A stretch of 55,321 nucleotides of DNA. Source: Lachnospiraceae bacterium UBA3386. GTDB taxonomy: Bacteria; Bacillota; Clostridia; Lachnospirales; Lachnospiraceae. Where the stretch lies: positions 2,486 to 57,806 of the forward strand of contig DEPS01000076.1 of assembly GCA_002358875.1 (NCBI GenBank). The letters run 5' to 3'. The notes below the pieces were generated by a model. The model did not search any database and was not told the origin of the DNA. It saw only the letters and a program-made list of their open reading frames with translations. Of the stretch, positions 44,796 through 55,297 are shown piece by piece. The first letter of the stretch is position 1. Each line of letters begins with the position of its first letter. The position numbers were made by a program, and so were the translations under genes.

Positions 44796-45703
44796 ATGAA
44801 ATGAAAAAATCTGTTGTGATCGCAACATACAATGGAGAAAAATATATTGAAGAGCAATTGCTCTCGATCCTTGGGCAGGATGAGAAACCGGATGAAGTGA
44901 TCATTACTGATGATGGATCCAATGACCGTACACTGGATATTGTCAGGGGCTTTATAAGTGATAACGGCTTAACCGGTACATGGAAGTTAATCCACAACAG
45001 TAATAAAGGAATTTCAGGAAATTTTTTTAACGGAATTGCCCATTCAACGGGAGATATTGTATATCTCTGTGATCAGGATGATACATGGAATACAGATAAA
45101 ATCCGAAAAATGCAGGCTCTGTTTGAAAAGGATAAATCGCTGAGCTGTGTTATTTCTTCTATAGATTATATAGACAGCAAGGGGCATATCATCAAGTGTA
45201 AAACAGCTTTTTCGAGTCGAAAAACGCATGAAGTGAGCTTTGAGGAAATGTTGTGTGTATGCTCATATCTTGGGATGGCATCAGCATTTAGAAGAGATGT
45301 GATCGACAGTGTCAATTATAAATTGGGATACGAAACTTCCCATGACTGGGCTTTGTTCATCTCTGCCCTGAAGAAAGGAAAAGTGGTTTTTTATGGAACT
45401 CCTCTGGTAAAGTATCGTTTACATGGAAACAATGCTTCCGGAGTTACGGGAAATACATTATCTCAAAAACGATTAAATCTGATTAATCGTCAGAAGTATC
45501 ACATTTCGTTTTTGACCGAAACGGTTTCGCTGACGGATGAACAAAAGGAAAAATGCCGGGATTATATCAGTTTTCTTGATCAGAGAATAATACGGATTTC
45601 TGGAAAAGAAACAATTAAAACAGTTTTTGGAATTTTCAGTTATATCTCCAGAGGGTATACTTTGAGAAATATTGTTGGTGATTTAGCCGCGACCAGAAAG
45701 TGA
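44792..45703 (+). CDS. GT2 glycosyltransferase, rhamnosyltransferase-like
   Basis: ATYNGEKYIEEQL.SI, DDGS.D, CDQDD.W, HDW, YRLH..N; ATG 44792 overlaps the upstream TGA. Confidence 0.9.
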   Translation: MNEMKKSVVIATYNGEKYIEEQLLSILGQDEKPDEVIITDDGSNDRTLDIVRGFISDNGLTGTWKLIHNSNKGISGNFFNGIAHSTGDIVYLCDQDDTWNTDKIRKMQALFEKDKSLSCVISSIDYIDSKGHIIKCKTAFSSRKTHEVSFEEMLCVCSYLGMASAFRRDVIDSVNYKLGYETSHDWALFISALKKGKVVFYGTPLVKYRLHGNNASGVTGNTLSQKRLNLINRQKYHISFLTETVSLTDEQKEKCRDYISFLDQRIIRISGKETIKTVFGIFSYISRGYTLRNIVGDLAATRK

Positions 45704-45713
45704 CCTGCTGTGT

Positions 45714-46955
45714 ATGAGCATATTATTCAAGAGAGACTTAGTAAGTAAAAATGAATATTTTATCTATTTCTACTGGGCTTTTGATCTGATTGTTCGCCGT
45801 TTTACATCCATTGCTTCCAGTGTTTTTGGCGTACATGCTTATGGGGAAATCATTAATGCAGTCGTCTGGGGAGCAGTAATTCTTTATTGTTTGGATGTTT
45901 TTCTTTTGAAAATAAAGATTAACGATTTTTTTCTGTCTTTTATTGTGATTTTCTTTTCCTTTGCTGCTCATAGTATCTGGTCTTTTAATGACTTGATTAT
46001 TTCTAACAGACCTGTGTTTCTGCTTACGATATTTCCTTATTATTTTTTGGGAAGGATTTTCGTTATTAACGATAATATTCTAAAAAATATGGGGCGTATT
46101 TCCAGAATGGTACTGGTCATTAATATCCCGATTTATTTTCTGATTTATCGTCATAGAGTTGGGTCGCTTGTTTCAACAGATAATATGGGGTTTGCTTATC
46201 AGCTTCTTCCGCATATACTGCTGTTGTTCTATATTGCATTAAAAGTACATAAATTAAGTAACTGGTTCTGGTTTCTGACAGGGACTGTTTTGCTGACAAT
46301 GCAGGGGACAAGGGGGCCTTTGTTATTAATAGTTTTATTCTATATCTGGTACTGCATACAAAACAGAAGTGCCGTGCAGAATAGTCTCATTGCTCTTGCG
46401 TCCGGGACAATTCTGATACTGTTATTTGAAATGAATTTATTTAAACTGATCCTTAATGTCATGATCAGGGTTTTCAGTGCTGTGGGGATCAGCACAAGAG
46501 TTTTTGAATTACTGTTGATTTCAAATTCAGTAGATGCATTGACAGGAAGAAACATTGTACAGTCAAGAATAATGGAGGCAATAAATACCAACAGTAAATA
46601 TGGACTTGGACCGTACGGAGATATTTTTATAACCCGAAATACGTCTATTTCCGCAGAGGGAATGTATGCACATAATTTTTTTCTTGAATTAATGTGCCAT
46701 TATGGAATCGTAATTGGAATAATTGCCGGAGTTCTTCTTTTTTTACTGGCTACAGCGGCATGTTTTAGTTTAAAGACTGAACTAGAGAGATTCTTCATGG
46801 CTATTTTGCTATGCTGTTCCCTTGTGAAATTTCTTTTTTCGGGTTCATATTTACTTGAGCCGTCAATGTATGTGCTGGTGGGATACTCTGTGACGGCTTT
46901 ATCACAACAGTTAAAAAACAGACGAATGATAATGTATATCAGGAGAAAAACGTGA
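45714..46955 (+). CDS. Wzy-type polysaccharide polymerase
   Basis: Multi-pass; GTRG, TGR, GLG, YAHNFFLEL...YG. Confidence 0.78.
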   Translation: MSILFKRDLVSKNEYFIYFYWAFDLIVRRFTSIASSVFGVHAYGEIINAVVWGAVILYCLDVFLLKIKINDFFLSFIVIFFSFAAHSIWSFNDLIISNRPVFLLTIFPYYFLGRIFVINDNILKNMGRISRMVLVINIPIYFLIYRHRVGSLVSTDNMGFAYQLLPHILLLFYIALKVHKLSNWFWFLTGTVLLTMQGTRGPLLLIVLFYIWYCIQNRSAVQNSLIALASGTILILLFEMNLFKLILNVMIRVFSAVGISTRVFELLLISNSVDALTGRNIVQSRIMEAINTNSKYGLGPYGDIFITRNTSISAEGMYAHNFFLELMCHYGIVIGIIAGVLLFLLATAACFSLKTELERFFMAILLCCSLVKFLFSGSYLLEPSMYVLVGYSVTALSQQLKNRRMIMYIRRKT

Positions 46956-48028
46956 AAAAGATACTTATGATGTGCGGCACTTTTTACCCGTCAAATAATC
47001 CCAGAGCAGTACAGGCGACAGAATTGTATAAAGAACTGCGTAACAGGGGATATGAAATTGACTTATGCCTGACGACAGAACGGCGGTTATTATCTCCGGA
47101 AGAAGTACAGAATCTGTTGAAAGAGCCTCCTGTCTCAGAGAAGAATTTTATCCAGACATATAGTTTTCTTGGAGGTTTGTTCAGTAAGGCGGTCTGTTAT
47201 TTTATTGGCCAGAAAGGATTTTACATCTATTATCCCTGGTTGAAGAAGACAGTTGATCTGAATAAATATGATGTCCTGATTGCAATATCAGCGCCATTTT
47301 ATGACATCGTTTTGGCAGCAAGGATTAAAAAACACTGCTCCAGGAAAATTACAATGATATGTGATAACGGAGATCCGTTTTATGATCCTGCAAAACATTC
47401 TTTACTTGTAAAGAATGTACAGATTAAAGCATATAAAATGTTTGACTACATATGCTTTCCTGTTGAGAGCGCCAGAGTTTACTATGAGAAGTATGCTGAC
47501 CCGAAAAAGCTGGTTGTCATTCCTCAGGGAAGAAATTTTGATGAGATAGAAGTACAGGAGTCAGTGAGCAATACAATACCGACCTTTGCGTATGCCGGAT
47601 GCTTTTTTATGGATATCAGAAATCCTGAATCGTTTTTAAAAATGTTATCAGATATAAAAAGGGATTTCAAATTTGTACTGTTTACTGAGAAAACAGGAGA
47701 TGTATACGAACAGATTCTGAAAAAATATAAGAAAATACTGGGTCCTCGTCTGGAAATTAATGGCTTTCTTCCCAGGAAGGAATGTATATATAAATTAAGC
47801 GGAATGGACTTTCTGATCAACTTTCAGAATATGTCTGAAGTACAGTCACCTTCCAAGCTTATTGATTATACGCTGTCAAAACGTCCTATTTTCAGTGTCA
47901 GGCAGGATAACGTCCGTCAGGAACAGTTTGAAGAGTTTCTGGATGGGAAATATGATCATGCTACACAGATTGATATTTCGGCATTTGACATCAAAAAAGT
48001 GGCTCAGCAGTATATTGATTTGTTTTAA
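46952..48028 (+). CDS. Putative GT-B (GT4-like) glycosyltransferase
   Basis: YAG.F...R.P, PSKLIDY...RPI; GTG start overlapping the upstream stop. Confidence 0.68.
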   Translation: MKKILMMCGTFYPSNNPRAVQATELYKELRNRGYEIDLCLTTERRLLSPEEVQNLLKEPPVSEKNFIQTYSFLGGLFSKAVCYFIGQKGFYIYYPWLKKTVDLNKYDVLIAISAPFYDIVLAARIKKHCSRKITMICDNGDPFYDPAKHSLLVKNVQIKAYKMFDYICFPVESARVYYEKYADPKKLVVIPQGRNFDEIEVQESVSNTIPTFAYAGCFFMDIRNPESFLKMLSDIKRDFKFVLFTEKTGDVYEQILKKYKKILGPRLEINGFLPRKECIYKLSGMDFLINFQNMSEVQSPSKLIDYTLSKRPIFSVRQDNVRQEQFEEFLDGKYDHATQIDISAFDIKKVAQQYIDLF

Positions 48029-48042
48029 ATTGGAGGAGAAAA

Positions 48043-49266
48043 ATGGTTAATGTAATTGGATTAGGGTATATTGGGCTGCCTACAGCTCTTATGCTGTCAT
48101 CACATGGTGTTGAAGTTGTAGGAACAGATTATAACAGAGATTTGGTCGCAACGCTCCAGAATGGCCAGACAACCTTTAAAGAAGATGGAATCGATGAGCT
48201 GTTTGAAAAAGCAGTGAAAGCAGGTATAAGTTTTACAACTGAATACCAGAGGACTGATACTTATATTGTTTCTGTTCCGACACCATATGATAAGTTTACA
48301 AAAAAAGTGGACGCAAAGTATGTGGTTGATGCAGTTAAAAAAGTGATAGAGGTTGCTCCGAAAGGCGCAACAATAGTAATAGAATCGACAATTTCGCCTG
48401 GGACAATAAAAAACTACATTCGTCCTGTGATCGAAAATGCCGGGTTTATTATTGGAAAAGATTTTCATCTTGTGCATGCTCCGGAGCGTATTATCCCCGG
48501 AAATATGGTTTATGAACTGCTTCATAATAATCGTACGATCGGAGCGGATGATCCTGAGACCGGCGAAAAGATTAAAAAGCTTTATTCCTCTTTTTGTCAG
48601 GGGGAGATCGTTGTCACAGATATTCAAACAGCAGAGATGACAAAAGTTGTGGAGAATACCTACCGTGCTGTAAACATTGCTTTTGCTAATGAGTTGGCGA
48701 AGATCTGCAGATATGCAGGCATGGATGTCTATGAGATCATTAAAATATGCAATATGCATCCCAGGGTAAATATACTGCAGCCGGGCCCTGGTGTCGGAGG
48801 ACATTGTATCTCGGTCGATCCATGGTTCCTGGTTGGAGACTATCCCAGAATTGCCAAGGTAATAGATGAGTCGATGAAGACAAATGACGAAATGCCGGAG
48901 TTTGTTCTGAATCGAATCTATGAAATCATGCAGCAGAGAGGAATAAAGGATCCAAACAGAGTGGGGTTGTATGGACTTACATACAAGGAAAATGTTGATG
49001 ATATCAGAGAATCACCCACATTACAGCTCCTGGAGAACCAGCGTCGGAATCTGGCCCACGAATTGAAGGTGTATGATCCGCTTATCGACAATGACGTAAT
49101 AGAGAATCAGTATCATGATTTTGATAAATTCCTTAATGATATCGATATGATCGTAATTATGGTCGGGCATGAACATATTCGCGGAAATTTGGAAAAGATA
49201 AAGGGGAAGATTGTTTTAGACACTAGAAGAGTGACGGGTGGTGCGGAAGACGTTTATTATTTGTAA
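48043..49266 (+). CDS. wecC: UDP-N-acetyl-D-mannosamine dehydrogenase (UDP-ManNAcA synthesis)
   Basis: IGLGYIGLP, VPTP, EST..PG, PERIIPG, K..EN.YR.VNIA, PGPGVGGHCI, YK..VDD.RESP; wecB nearby. Confidence 0.88.
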   Translation: MVNVIGLGYIGLPTALMLSSHGVEVVGTDYNRDLVATLQNGQTTFKEDGIDELFEKAVKAGISFTTEYQRTDTYIVSVPTPYDKFTKKVDAKYVVDAVKKVIEVAPKGATIVIESTISPGTIKNYIRPVIENAGFIIGKDFHLVHAPERIIPGNMVYELLHNNRTIGADDPETGEKIKKLYSSFCQGEIVVTDIQTAEMTKVVENTYRAVNIAFANELAKICRYAGMDVYEIIKICNMHPRVNILQPGPGVGGHCISVDPWFLVGDYPRIAKVIDESMKTNDEMPEFVLNRIYEIMQQRGIKDPNRVGLYGLTYKENVDDIRESPTLQLLENQRRNLAHELKVYDPLIDNDVIENQYHDFDKFLNDIDMIVIMVGHEHIRGNLEKIKGKIVLDTRRVTGGAEDVYYL

Positions 49267-49316
49267 AATAGATGCGGCAGGACATGCCCGATACTTTTTA
49301 GTGTGATATCAGGTTG

Positions 49317-49367
49317 TGCTCACGAACAGGATGGTACACCATTCTGTTCGTGAGTATGTGTTTTTTT
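49317..49367 (+). terminator. Long intergenic hairpin, terminator-like
   Basis: CTCACGAACAGGATGGT / ACCATTCTGTTCGTGAG (one G-U pair) followed by T7 at 49361-49367. Confidence 0.6.
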
Positions 49368-49461
49368 ATATAGTGGTGTTTGATGAGAACCTGATTAGAA
49401 ATAAACGGGATATAAAAGGACTATAGTACCGTCTGCATCAAATATTCGGATACAGGAACCA

Positions 49462-50877
49462 ATGAAGAGAGAAAAGTATTTACTAAAAAACATCGGTTTG
49501 TTAACGATCAGTAATTTCGGGTCAAAAATTCTAAATATTTTTTTAGTTCCGCTGTATACAAACTTTTTGACGACGGGAGAATATGGAACATATGATCTTT
49601 ATGCGACCACCATATTATTGTTGATGCCGCTTCTTTCTCTGGATATTGTTGAAGCAGTAATGAGGTTTGCATTAGATAAAAAGAATGACCCGAATGATGT
49701 TTTAGCAATAGGACTGAGAAAGGTTTCTATTGCGATCATTATCTGTGCTTCTCTGGCGGGAATTAACAGGTGTTTCAATTTTATCCCTATCTTTTCGGAT
49801 TATTGGTATTTTTTAATACTGCTGTTTACTGGAAATATTGTGTATGACCTGTTGTCACAGTTTTCAAGAGGAATTGAAAAAATAAGTACTGTGGCAGCTG
49901 CAGGTTTTTTAAATACGCTGTCTGTATTAATATTTAATCTTTTTTTCCTGTTATTTCTTCGTCTTGGGCTGATCGGTTATTTTCTGGCGAATTCACTCGC
50001 ATATATTGTGCCGGTCACTTTTATGATCATAAGATTAAAAATATGGAGACATCTTCGCTTTGACAGGATAAATTCGTCTCTTAAGGCAAGTATGTACGCA
50101 TACAGCAGCCCGCTTGTTTTTAATATGATGGCCTGGTGGGTAAATAATGTATCTGATCGCTATATTATTACGTTAATATGCGGGGTTGCAGCTAATGGAA
50201 TATATTCGATTGCTTACAGGATTCCTTCAATACTGAATGCGCTGCAGGCAATTTTCAGTCAGGCATGGACAATTTCAGCAATAAAAGAATTTGACAGGGA
50301 TTCCGGACCTTTTTATTCCAAGATATATCAATTGTATAATTGTCTGTTGCTGCTTTTGTGCAGTACTCTGATTATTTTCGATAAATTGATTGCCAGGATT
50401 TTGTTTGCAAAAGATTTTTATCTGGCATGGAAATACGCGCCGTTCCTGATGATTTCCGTTGTATTTGGTTCTTTGTCTGGTGTGTTAACAGGGATATTTT
50501 CAGCGGCAAAAAAAACAAAGGTTTTAGCTACCACTACAATAACAGGTGCGTTTGTTAATACAGGACTGAATTTTCTTCTTGTACATAAAATGGGGCCGAT
50601 CGGTGCCGCAATTGCAACTTTGTTTACCTGTGCAGTCGTATGGGGAATGAGATTGACGAAAGCCAGGGAAATCGTTAAGTTTGACATTACTTTAAAGAAA
50701 GATTTATTAGCTTACGGAATTTTGTTATTGCAGGCTGTATTATTGGTTATCGGTGACTCGAAATTTTTTGTAATGATATTGATTTGTTTTATTGTACTTA
50801 TTTTGCTCTATGCGTCCCTGATAAAAAGAATAGTAACAGGAACGTTAAAAATAATAAATAATAAGTTAAGAAGGTGA
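49462..50877 (+). CDS. Wzx-type flippase
   Basis: LLKN, FLVPLYT..L...EYG.YD, YS.PL.FN...WW.N..SDR, GIYS.AY.IP. Confidence 0.9.
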   Translation: MKREKYLLKNIGLLTISNFGSKILNIFLVPLYTNFLTTGEYGTYDLYATTILLLMPLLSLDIVEAVMRFALDKKNDPNDVLAIGLRKVSIAIIICASLAGINRCFNFIPIFSDYWYFLILLFTGNIVYDLLSQFSRGIEKISTVAAAGFLNTLSVLIFNLFFLLFLRLGLIGYFLANSLAYIVPVTFMIIRLKIWRHLRFDRINSSLKASMYAYSSPLVFNMMAWWVNNVSDRYIITLICGVAANGIYSIAYRIPSILNALQAIFSQAWTISAIKEFDRDSGPFYSKIYQLYNCLLLLLCSTLIIFDKLIARILFAKDFYLAWKYAPFLMISVVFGSLSGVLTGIFSAAKKTKVLATTTITGAFVNTGLNFLLVHKMGPIGAAIATLFTCAVVWGMRLTKAREIVKFDITLKKDLLAYGILLLQAVLLVIGDSKFFVMILICFIVLILLYASLIKRIVTGTLKIINNKLRR

Positions 50878-51977
50878 AGAAAATGAAGAAAGTGATGCTT
50901 GTATTTGGTACTCGCCCTGAGGCGATCAAAATGTGCCCCCTTGTTAATGAATTAAAAACCAGAAAAAATGTCCAGACAATTGTCTGTGTGACAGGGCAGC
51001 ACAGGCAGATGCTGGATCAGGTTCTGGAAGCTTTTAACGTGGTGCCGGACTTTGATCTTTCGATAATGAAAGACCAGCAGACATTATTTGACATTACTTC
51101 AAATATCCTCCTAAAAATACGTGTAGTACTCAATAAATGCAAACCGGACATAGTTCTTGTTCATGGAGATACATCTACAACATTTGTCACAGCGCTTGCA
51201 TGTTTTTATTTACAGATCCCGGTAGGGCACGTTGAAGCAGGACTTCGTACATATAATATATATTCTCCGTATCCGGAGGAATTTAACAGAGAAGCGGTCA
51301 GTATCATCGCAAAATATAACTTTGCTCCGACGGAGCTGTCCCGGTTGAACCTCTTAAATGAGGGGAGAGATCCAAAATCCGTATATGTTACTGGAAATAC
51401 AGCGATTGATGCTCTGAAGACGACGGTAAGAGAGGATTACCATCATCCGGAACTTGAATGGGCAGAAGGAAGCAGATTGATATTGATTACTGCCCACAGG
51501 AGAGAAAATCTTGGGGAACCAATGCATCATATGTTCAGGGCTATACGGCGGATCATGGACGAGTTTCCGGATTTAAAGGCGGTCTATCCTATACATATGA
51601 ATCCGATTGTCAGGCAGGAGGCGGATGAAGAACTTGGCGGTGATGACAGGATTCACATTATAGAACCTCTTGATGTCCTTGATTTTCACAATTTTATGAA
51701 GAAGAGCTATTTAATTCTGACAGATTCGGGTGGTATACAGGAGGAAGCACCGAGTCTGGGTAAACCTGTTCTTGTAATGAGAGATACAACAGAACGGCCT
51801 GAAGGAATCCAGGCAGGAACATTAAAACTGGTTGGGACCAACGAAGAAACTATTTACAGGGAATTTAAAAATCTCATTGAGAATGAAGATCAATATAATT
51901 TGATGGCACATGCTTCGAATCCATATGGCGATGGACATGCCTGTGAACGGATAGCCGATGTGATTGAAAAAATCTAA
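50874..51977 (+). CDS. wecB: UDP-N-acetylglucosamine 2-epimerase (non-hydrolysing)
   Basis: FGTRPEAIKM, TGQH, HGDT, HVEAGLRT, PEE.NR, HRREN, TDSGGIQEEAP, ERPE; start may be ATG 50883. Confidence 0.96.
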   Translation: MKKMKKVMLVFGTRPEAIKMCPLVNELKTRKNVQTIVCVTGQHRQMLDQVLEAFNVVPDFDLSIMKDQQTLFDITSNILLKIRVVLNKCKPDIVLVHGDTSTTFVTALACFYLQIPVGHVEAGLRTYNIYSPYPEEFNREAVSIIAKYNFAPTELSRLNLLNEGRDPKSVYVTGNTAIDALKTTVREDYHHPELEWAEGSRLILITAHRRENLGEPMHHMFRAIRRIMDEFPDLKAVYPIHMNPIVRQEADEELGGDDRIHIIEPLDVLDFHNFMKKSYLILTDSGGIQEEAPSLGKPVLVMRDTTERPEGIQAGTLKLVGTNEETIYREFKNLIENEDQYNLMAHASNPYGDGHACERIADVIEKI

Positions 51978-52058
51978 AAATCACTTTAATCAAGAATTGA
52001 TTCCTGATAAATACCGATATCTGCAAGGAAATCCATTTATAATACAAACTGGTGAAAA

Positions 52059-53069
52059 ATGAAGAGGAAAAAAATTAAAAAGGATTTTGTTATATACGGA
52101 TATTATCTACAATAGCAGTTGTCTTTTTTCATACATGCGGTACTTTGCAGACAAATCAGCCTTTATTTGAATTGAACGAAGAGCAGAACAGTTTTTTTTG
52201 ATTGCTTATCATATGATGTTTTGGGCTGTTCCTGTTTTTTTCATGCTTTCCGGAGCGGTACTTCTTGATCCTGAAAATGAATTTACAGAAAAAAAATATA
52301 TAAATATATTCGTCGAATGTTTACAGTGCTTGTTTGTTTTGGCATACCCTCTTCTTTTCTGATGGAAATTGCCGAGCCGGAGAAACCACTGATTCAGATG
52401 TTTGTGAATGCTGTTGCATCTGTTGTAACAGGACGGAGTTTTACGCACTTATGGTATATTTACATCATGATCGGGCTGTATTTCTGCCTTCCTGTTCTGG
52501 ATTTATTTATTAAAAATACAAATGTCAGGTATTTGAAAATATTATTATGTGTTTTGTTTATTGTTGATTTTTTCTGTCCTTTTGTAAAAAGAATTACCGG
52601 ATTCAATATAGCTTTTATTCTTCCATTTTCCTATTTCGTATTTTATTTTTTGGCTGGCTATTATATTAAGGCTTACAGTCCGAGAATAATTAATAACGCT
52701 TTTGTTGATATTTTAGGATTCTTTTTCTGCTGCATACTTATTATTATTATCTATTTGTTATCAAGCTCACCTGCAAGCTGGATTACTTACTACAGTCCTC
52801 TTATTGCAGTTATGGCGATATTTTTCTTTAGTTTTTTTGCCCTTTCATTCAGTGGTGAACCGAAAGAAATCATTTGGAAAATAGACAGATTGTGCTTTGG
52901 TGTATATGTAATTCATCCATTCTTTATTCAGTCTTTCTATAGAGTAATTGGACTGACGCCTGTCACTTTTGCGTCATATAAGTCAGCAACTTTTTTATTT
53001 GTATTCTTATTTTCAATAATGTCTTTTATTGGTTCTTATCTTTTGCGGAAAGCAGGGATTTTAATTTAA
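52059..53069 (+). pseudogene. Acyltransferase-3 (membrane O-acyltransferase) gene split over three reading frames
   Basis: Motifs YIRILSTIAVVFFH, WAVPVFFMLSG and KYIRR...HLWY lie in different frames; breaks coincide with A5 (52077-52081), T8 (52192-52199) and A8 (52289-52296). Confidence 0.82.
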
Positions 53070-53150
53070 AAACTGTATGGTCGAATGATAGTTAATAAGG
53101 ATTTGTAAAGATACCGTTAATTAAATTGCATAATTTGGGAGGTAAACAGC

Positions 53151-53756
53151 TTGGGACAAATAATCGTTGAGCACAATGTTGGAGGAATAGAGGGACTTTG
53201 TGTTATCACCCCTCTTGTTCATGGGGATAGTAGGGGTTACTTTTTTGAATCATACCATCAAAACGATATGAAAGAGAACGGAATTGACGTTACTTTTGTT
53301 CAGGACAACCAAAGCATGAGCACAAAAGGAGTTCTTCGCGGTCTTCATTTTCAAAAGAAATATCCGCAGACAAAACTTGTACGGGTTATTAAAGGTGTTG
53401 TTTTTGATGTGGCAGTTGATATCAGAAACGGAAGCAAAACCTTTGGTAAATGGTTCGGTATTGAACTGAGCGAAGAGAATAAAAAACAGTTATTGATTCC
53501 GCGGGGATTTGCTCATGGATTTTTGGTGTTGTCTGATACAGCGGAGTTCTGTTATAAATGCGATGATTTCTATCACCCTAATGATGAAGGCGGCATTGCC
53601 TGGAATGATCCGGAAATTGGTATTCTATGGCCTGGATTGGACGGTGAATTTCATACAATATCACGGGGAGAGGGCTATTCTGTAAATGGTGTAAATTTGA
53701 TATTATCTGAAAAAGATCAGAAATGGCCCGGTCTCAAAGATGTTTTAAAAAGGTGA
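53151..53756 (+). CDS. rmlC: dTDP-4-dehydrorhamnose 3,5-epimerase
   Basis: DSRGYF.E, FVQDN.S.S..GVLRGLHFQ, DVAVDIR..S.TFGKW, GFAHGF, YK; TTG start with SD GGAGG. Confidence 0.96.
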   Translation: MGQIIVEHNVGGIEGLCVITPLVHGDSRGYFFESYHQNDMKENGIDVTFVQDNQSMSTKGVLRGLHFQKKYPQTKLVRVIKGVVFDVAVDIRNGSKTFGKWFGIELSEENKKQLLIPRGFAHGFLVLSDTAEFCYKCDDFYHPNDEGGIAWNDPEIGILWPGLDGEFHTISRGEGYSVNGVNLILSEKDQKWPGLKDVLKR

Positions 53757-53824
53757 AGTAAATAGCCTGTTCTTTATATAAATGTAACAGGAACTGGCAA
53801 TATGTTTTTGGAGGTTCTTCGTAC

Positions 53825-55297
53825 ATGAGTAGTTCGGATCAGAAAATAATTGATTTAAAAGATTTATTTGTGGAGATGTTGTTTAGATGGAAAATAATAA
53901 TTTGTTTTACAATTATTACTACATTGCTTGCAACATGTTTTGGGGTCTGGAAATCCTGGAAAAATAACAATATTGATTCTGGCGGTACATCTGTTCAGGA
54001 AAAACTGGAGGAATCGAAGAAAAAACTTACAGCTGCAGAATCTGCGGAAGTTGAACAATTGTATGAAAGATATCAATTATATTCGGATTATCGTAAGCAG
54101 TATCAAAAGACTTTTAGTGGTTTTCTCTCTGTATCAGATGGATTTGTGCAGAACGCAGTGATTAAACGGTCGACCTACGTCATGTCATCCTATATTGAGA
54201 GTGCCGATGCTATAATATGTTCGATGTCATTGGGACTTGATGATTATGATGCAATTAAGAATATCCTTCCTGATGTGGAAACAGTTGAAGATGCTTATAA
54301 GTATGTTTCAGTCTGGTCAACTTCAAGCAACAAAATAGAAGTTACTAACATGGAGAACAGTGATGAGAATAATCATCTCAAATATTTGATCGTTGTTGAA
54401 GTACTTGGTAATACAAAGGAAATTTGTGATCAGGCAGCGGATGTGGTTGACTCGGCAATTAAACGGGAAATTGTAGAACTTAAGAAGGTGGACAGTGAGA
54501 TTTCTTTAAACAAAATCGGAAATTTGTACAGGAGTAATATCATAGAGTATATTGCTCAGAAAAGGCAGGTTTCATATGATTATATGAACAGAATTGATAC
54601 AAGTATAAACAATTTGAAGGTGAATTTTATAGATAAACTATCGGGAAATCAGCGGCAATATTTTAACCTCCTTAATACAGCAGCTTATGGAGAGGAGGAA
54701 AATACTACAGCACAGAATCCTGAAGTGAAGCCCCTGCTTAATAAAAAGATGACAGTACTGGGAGTATTACTGGGGGTGATGCTTTCAGTTTTTCTTGTAG
54801 CCTTTAAATACGTGACAAATGATACAATAAAGGTACCTGCTGAAATAGAAGCGTATTATAAGCAGTCAGTAATTGAGTCTTTTTTTGTGACAAATAGGCG
54901 GAAAGGAATTTTTTCAGGGATTATTCGTAAGATATATCGGGCAGATACTGTTGAAAAAAATGTAAAAGCAGATTTGGTTGCAGTGGATGTCTGTGGGATT
55001 ATGAAGAAGAATGAAACGGATTCGTTGTTTATTGTTCAAACAGCAGATGTTGAAACGGATCGAATCATTTCATCTTCAATCACGAAAGCTATTGCCGGAT
55101 GTGACAGTAACTGTCATCCTAAAACCGGTTTGATTTTCGAGAATCCTGAGCAGCTGCAGAAAATGATGCAGTTTAAAAATGCACTCCTGCTTGTTCATTC
55201 CAGAGAAACCTTTCGGTCAGATGTGGAAAAAGTTCTGGATATCTGTAAACGTCATGCTATTAATGTAGCTGGAGTTGTTATGATTATTGATGTTTAA
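53825..55297 (+). CDS. Polysaccharide co-polymerase / chain-length regulator (Wzz/CpsC-like, long form)
   Basis: 'IDLKDLF..ML.RWKII' then TM, helical ectodomain, second TM, tail ending 'VAGVVMI'; same layout as 36025. Confidence 0.72.
   Translation: MSSSDQKIIDLKDLFVEMLFRWKIIICFTIITTLLATCFGVWKSWKNNNIDSGGTSVQEKLEESKKKLTAAESAEVEQLYERYQLYSDYRKQYQKTFSGFLSVSDGFVQNAVIKRSTYVMSSYIESADAIICSMSLGLDDYDAIKNILPDVETVEDAYKYVSVWSTSSNKIEVTNMENSDENNHLKYLIVVEVLGNTKEICDQAADVVDSAIKREIVELKKVDSEISLNKIGNLYRSNIIEYIAQKRQVSYDYMNRIDTSINNLKVNFIDKLSGNQRQYFNLLNTAAYGEEENTTAQNPEVKPLLNKKMTVLGVLLGVMLSVFLVAFKYVTNDTIKVPAEIEAYYKQSVIESFFVTNRRKGIFSGIIRKIYRADTVEKNVKADLVAVDVCGIMKKNETDSLFIVQTADVETDRIISSSITKAIAGCDSNCHPKTGLIFENPEQLQKMMQFKNALLLVHSRETFRSDVEKVLDICKRHAINVAGVVMIIDV

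Noticed and set aside
53640..53700. Extra residues near the RmlC C-terminus
   Set aside because: I recall similar segments in clostridial RmlC proteins, and there is no repeat signature in the DNA
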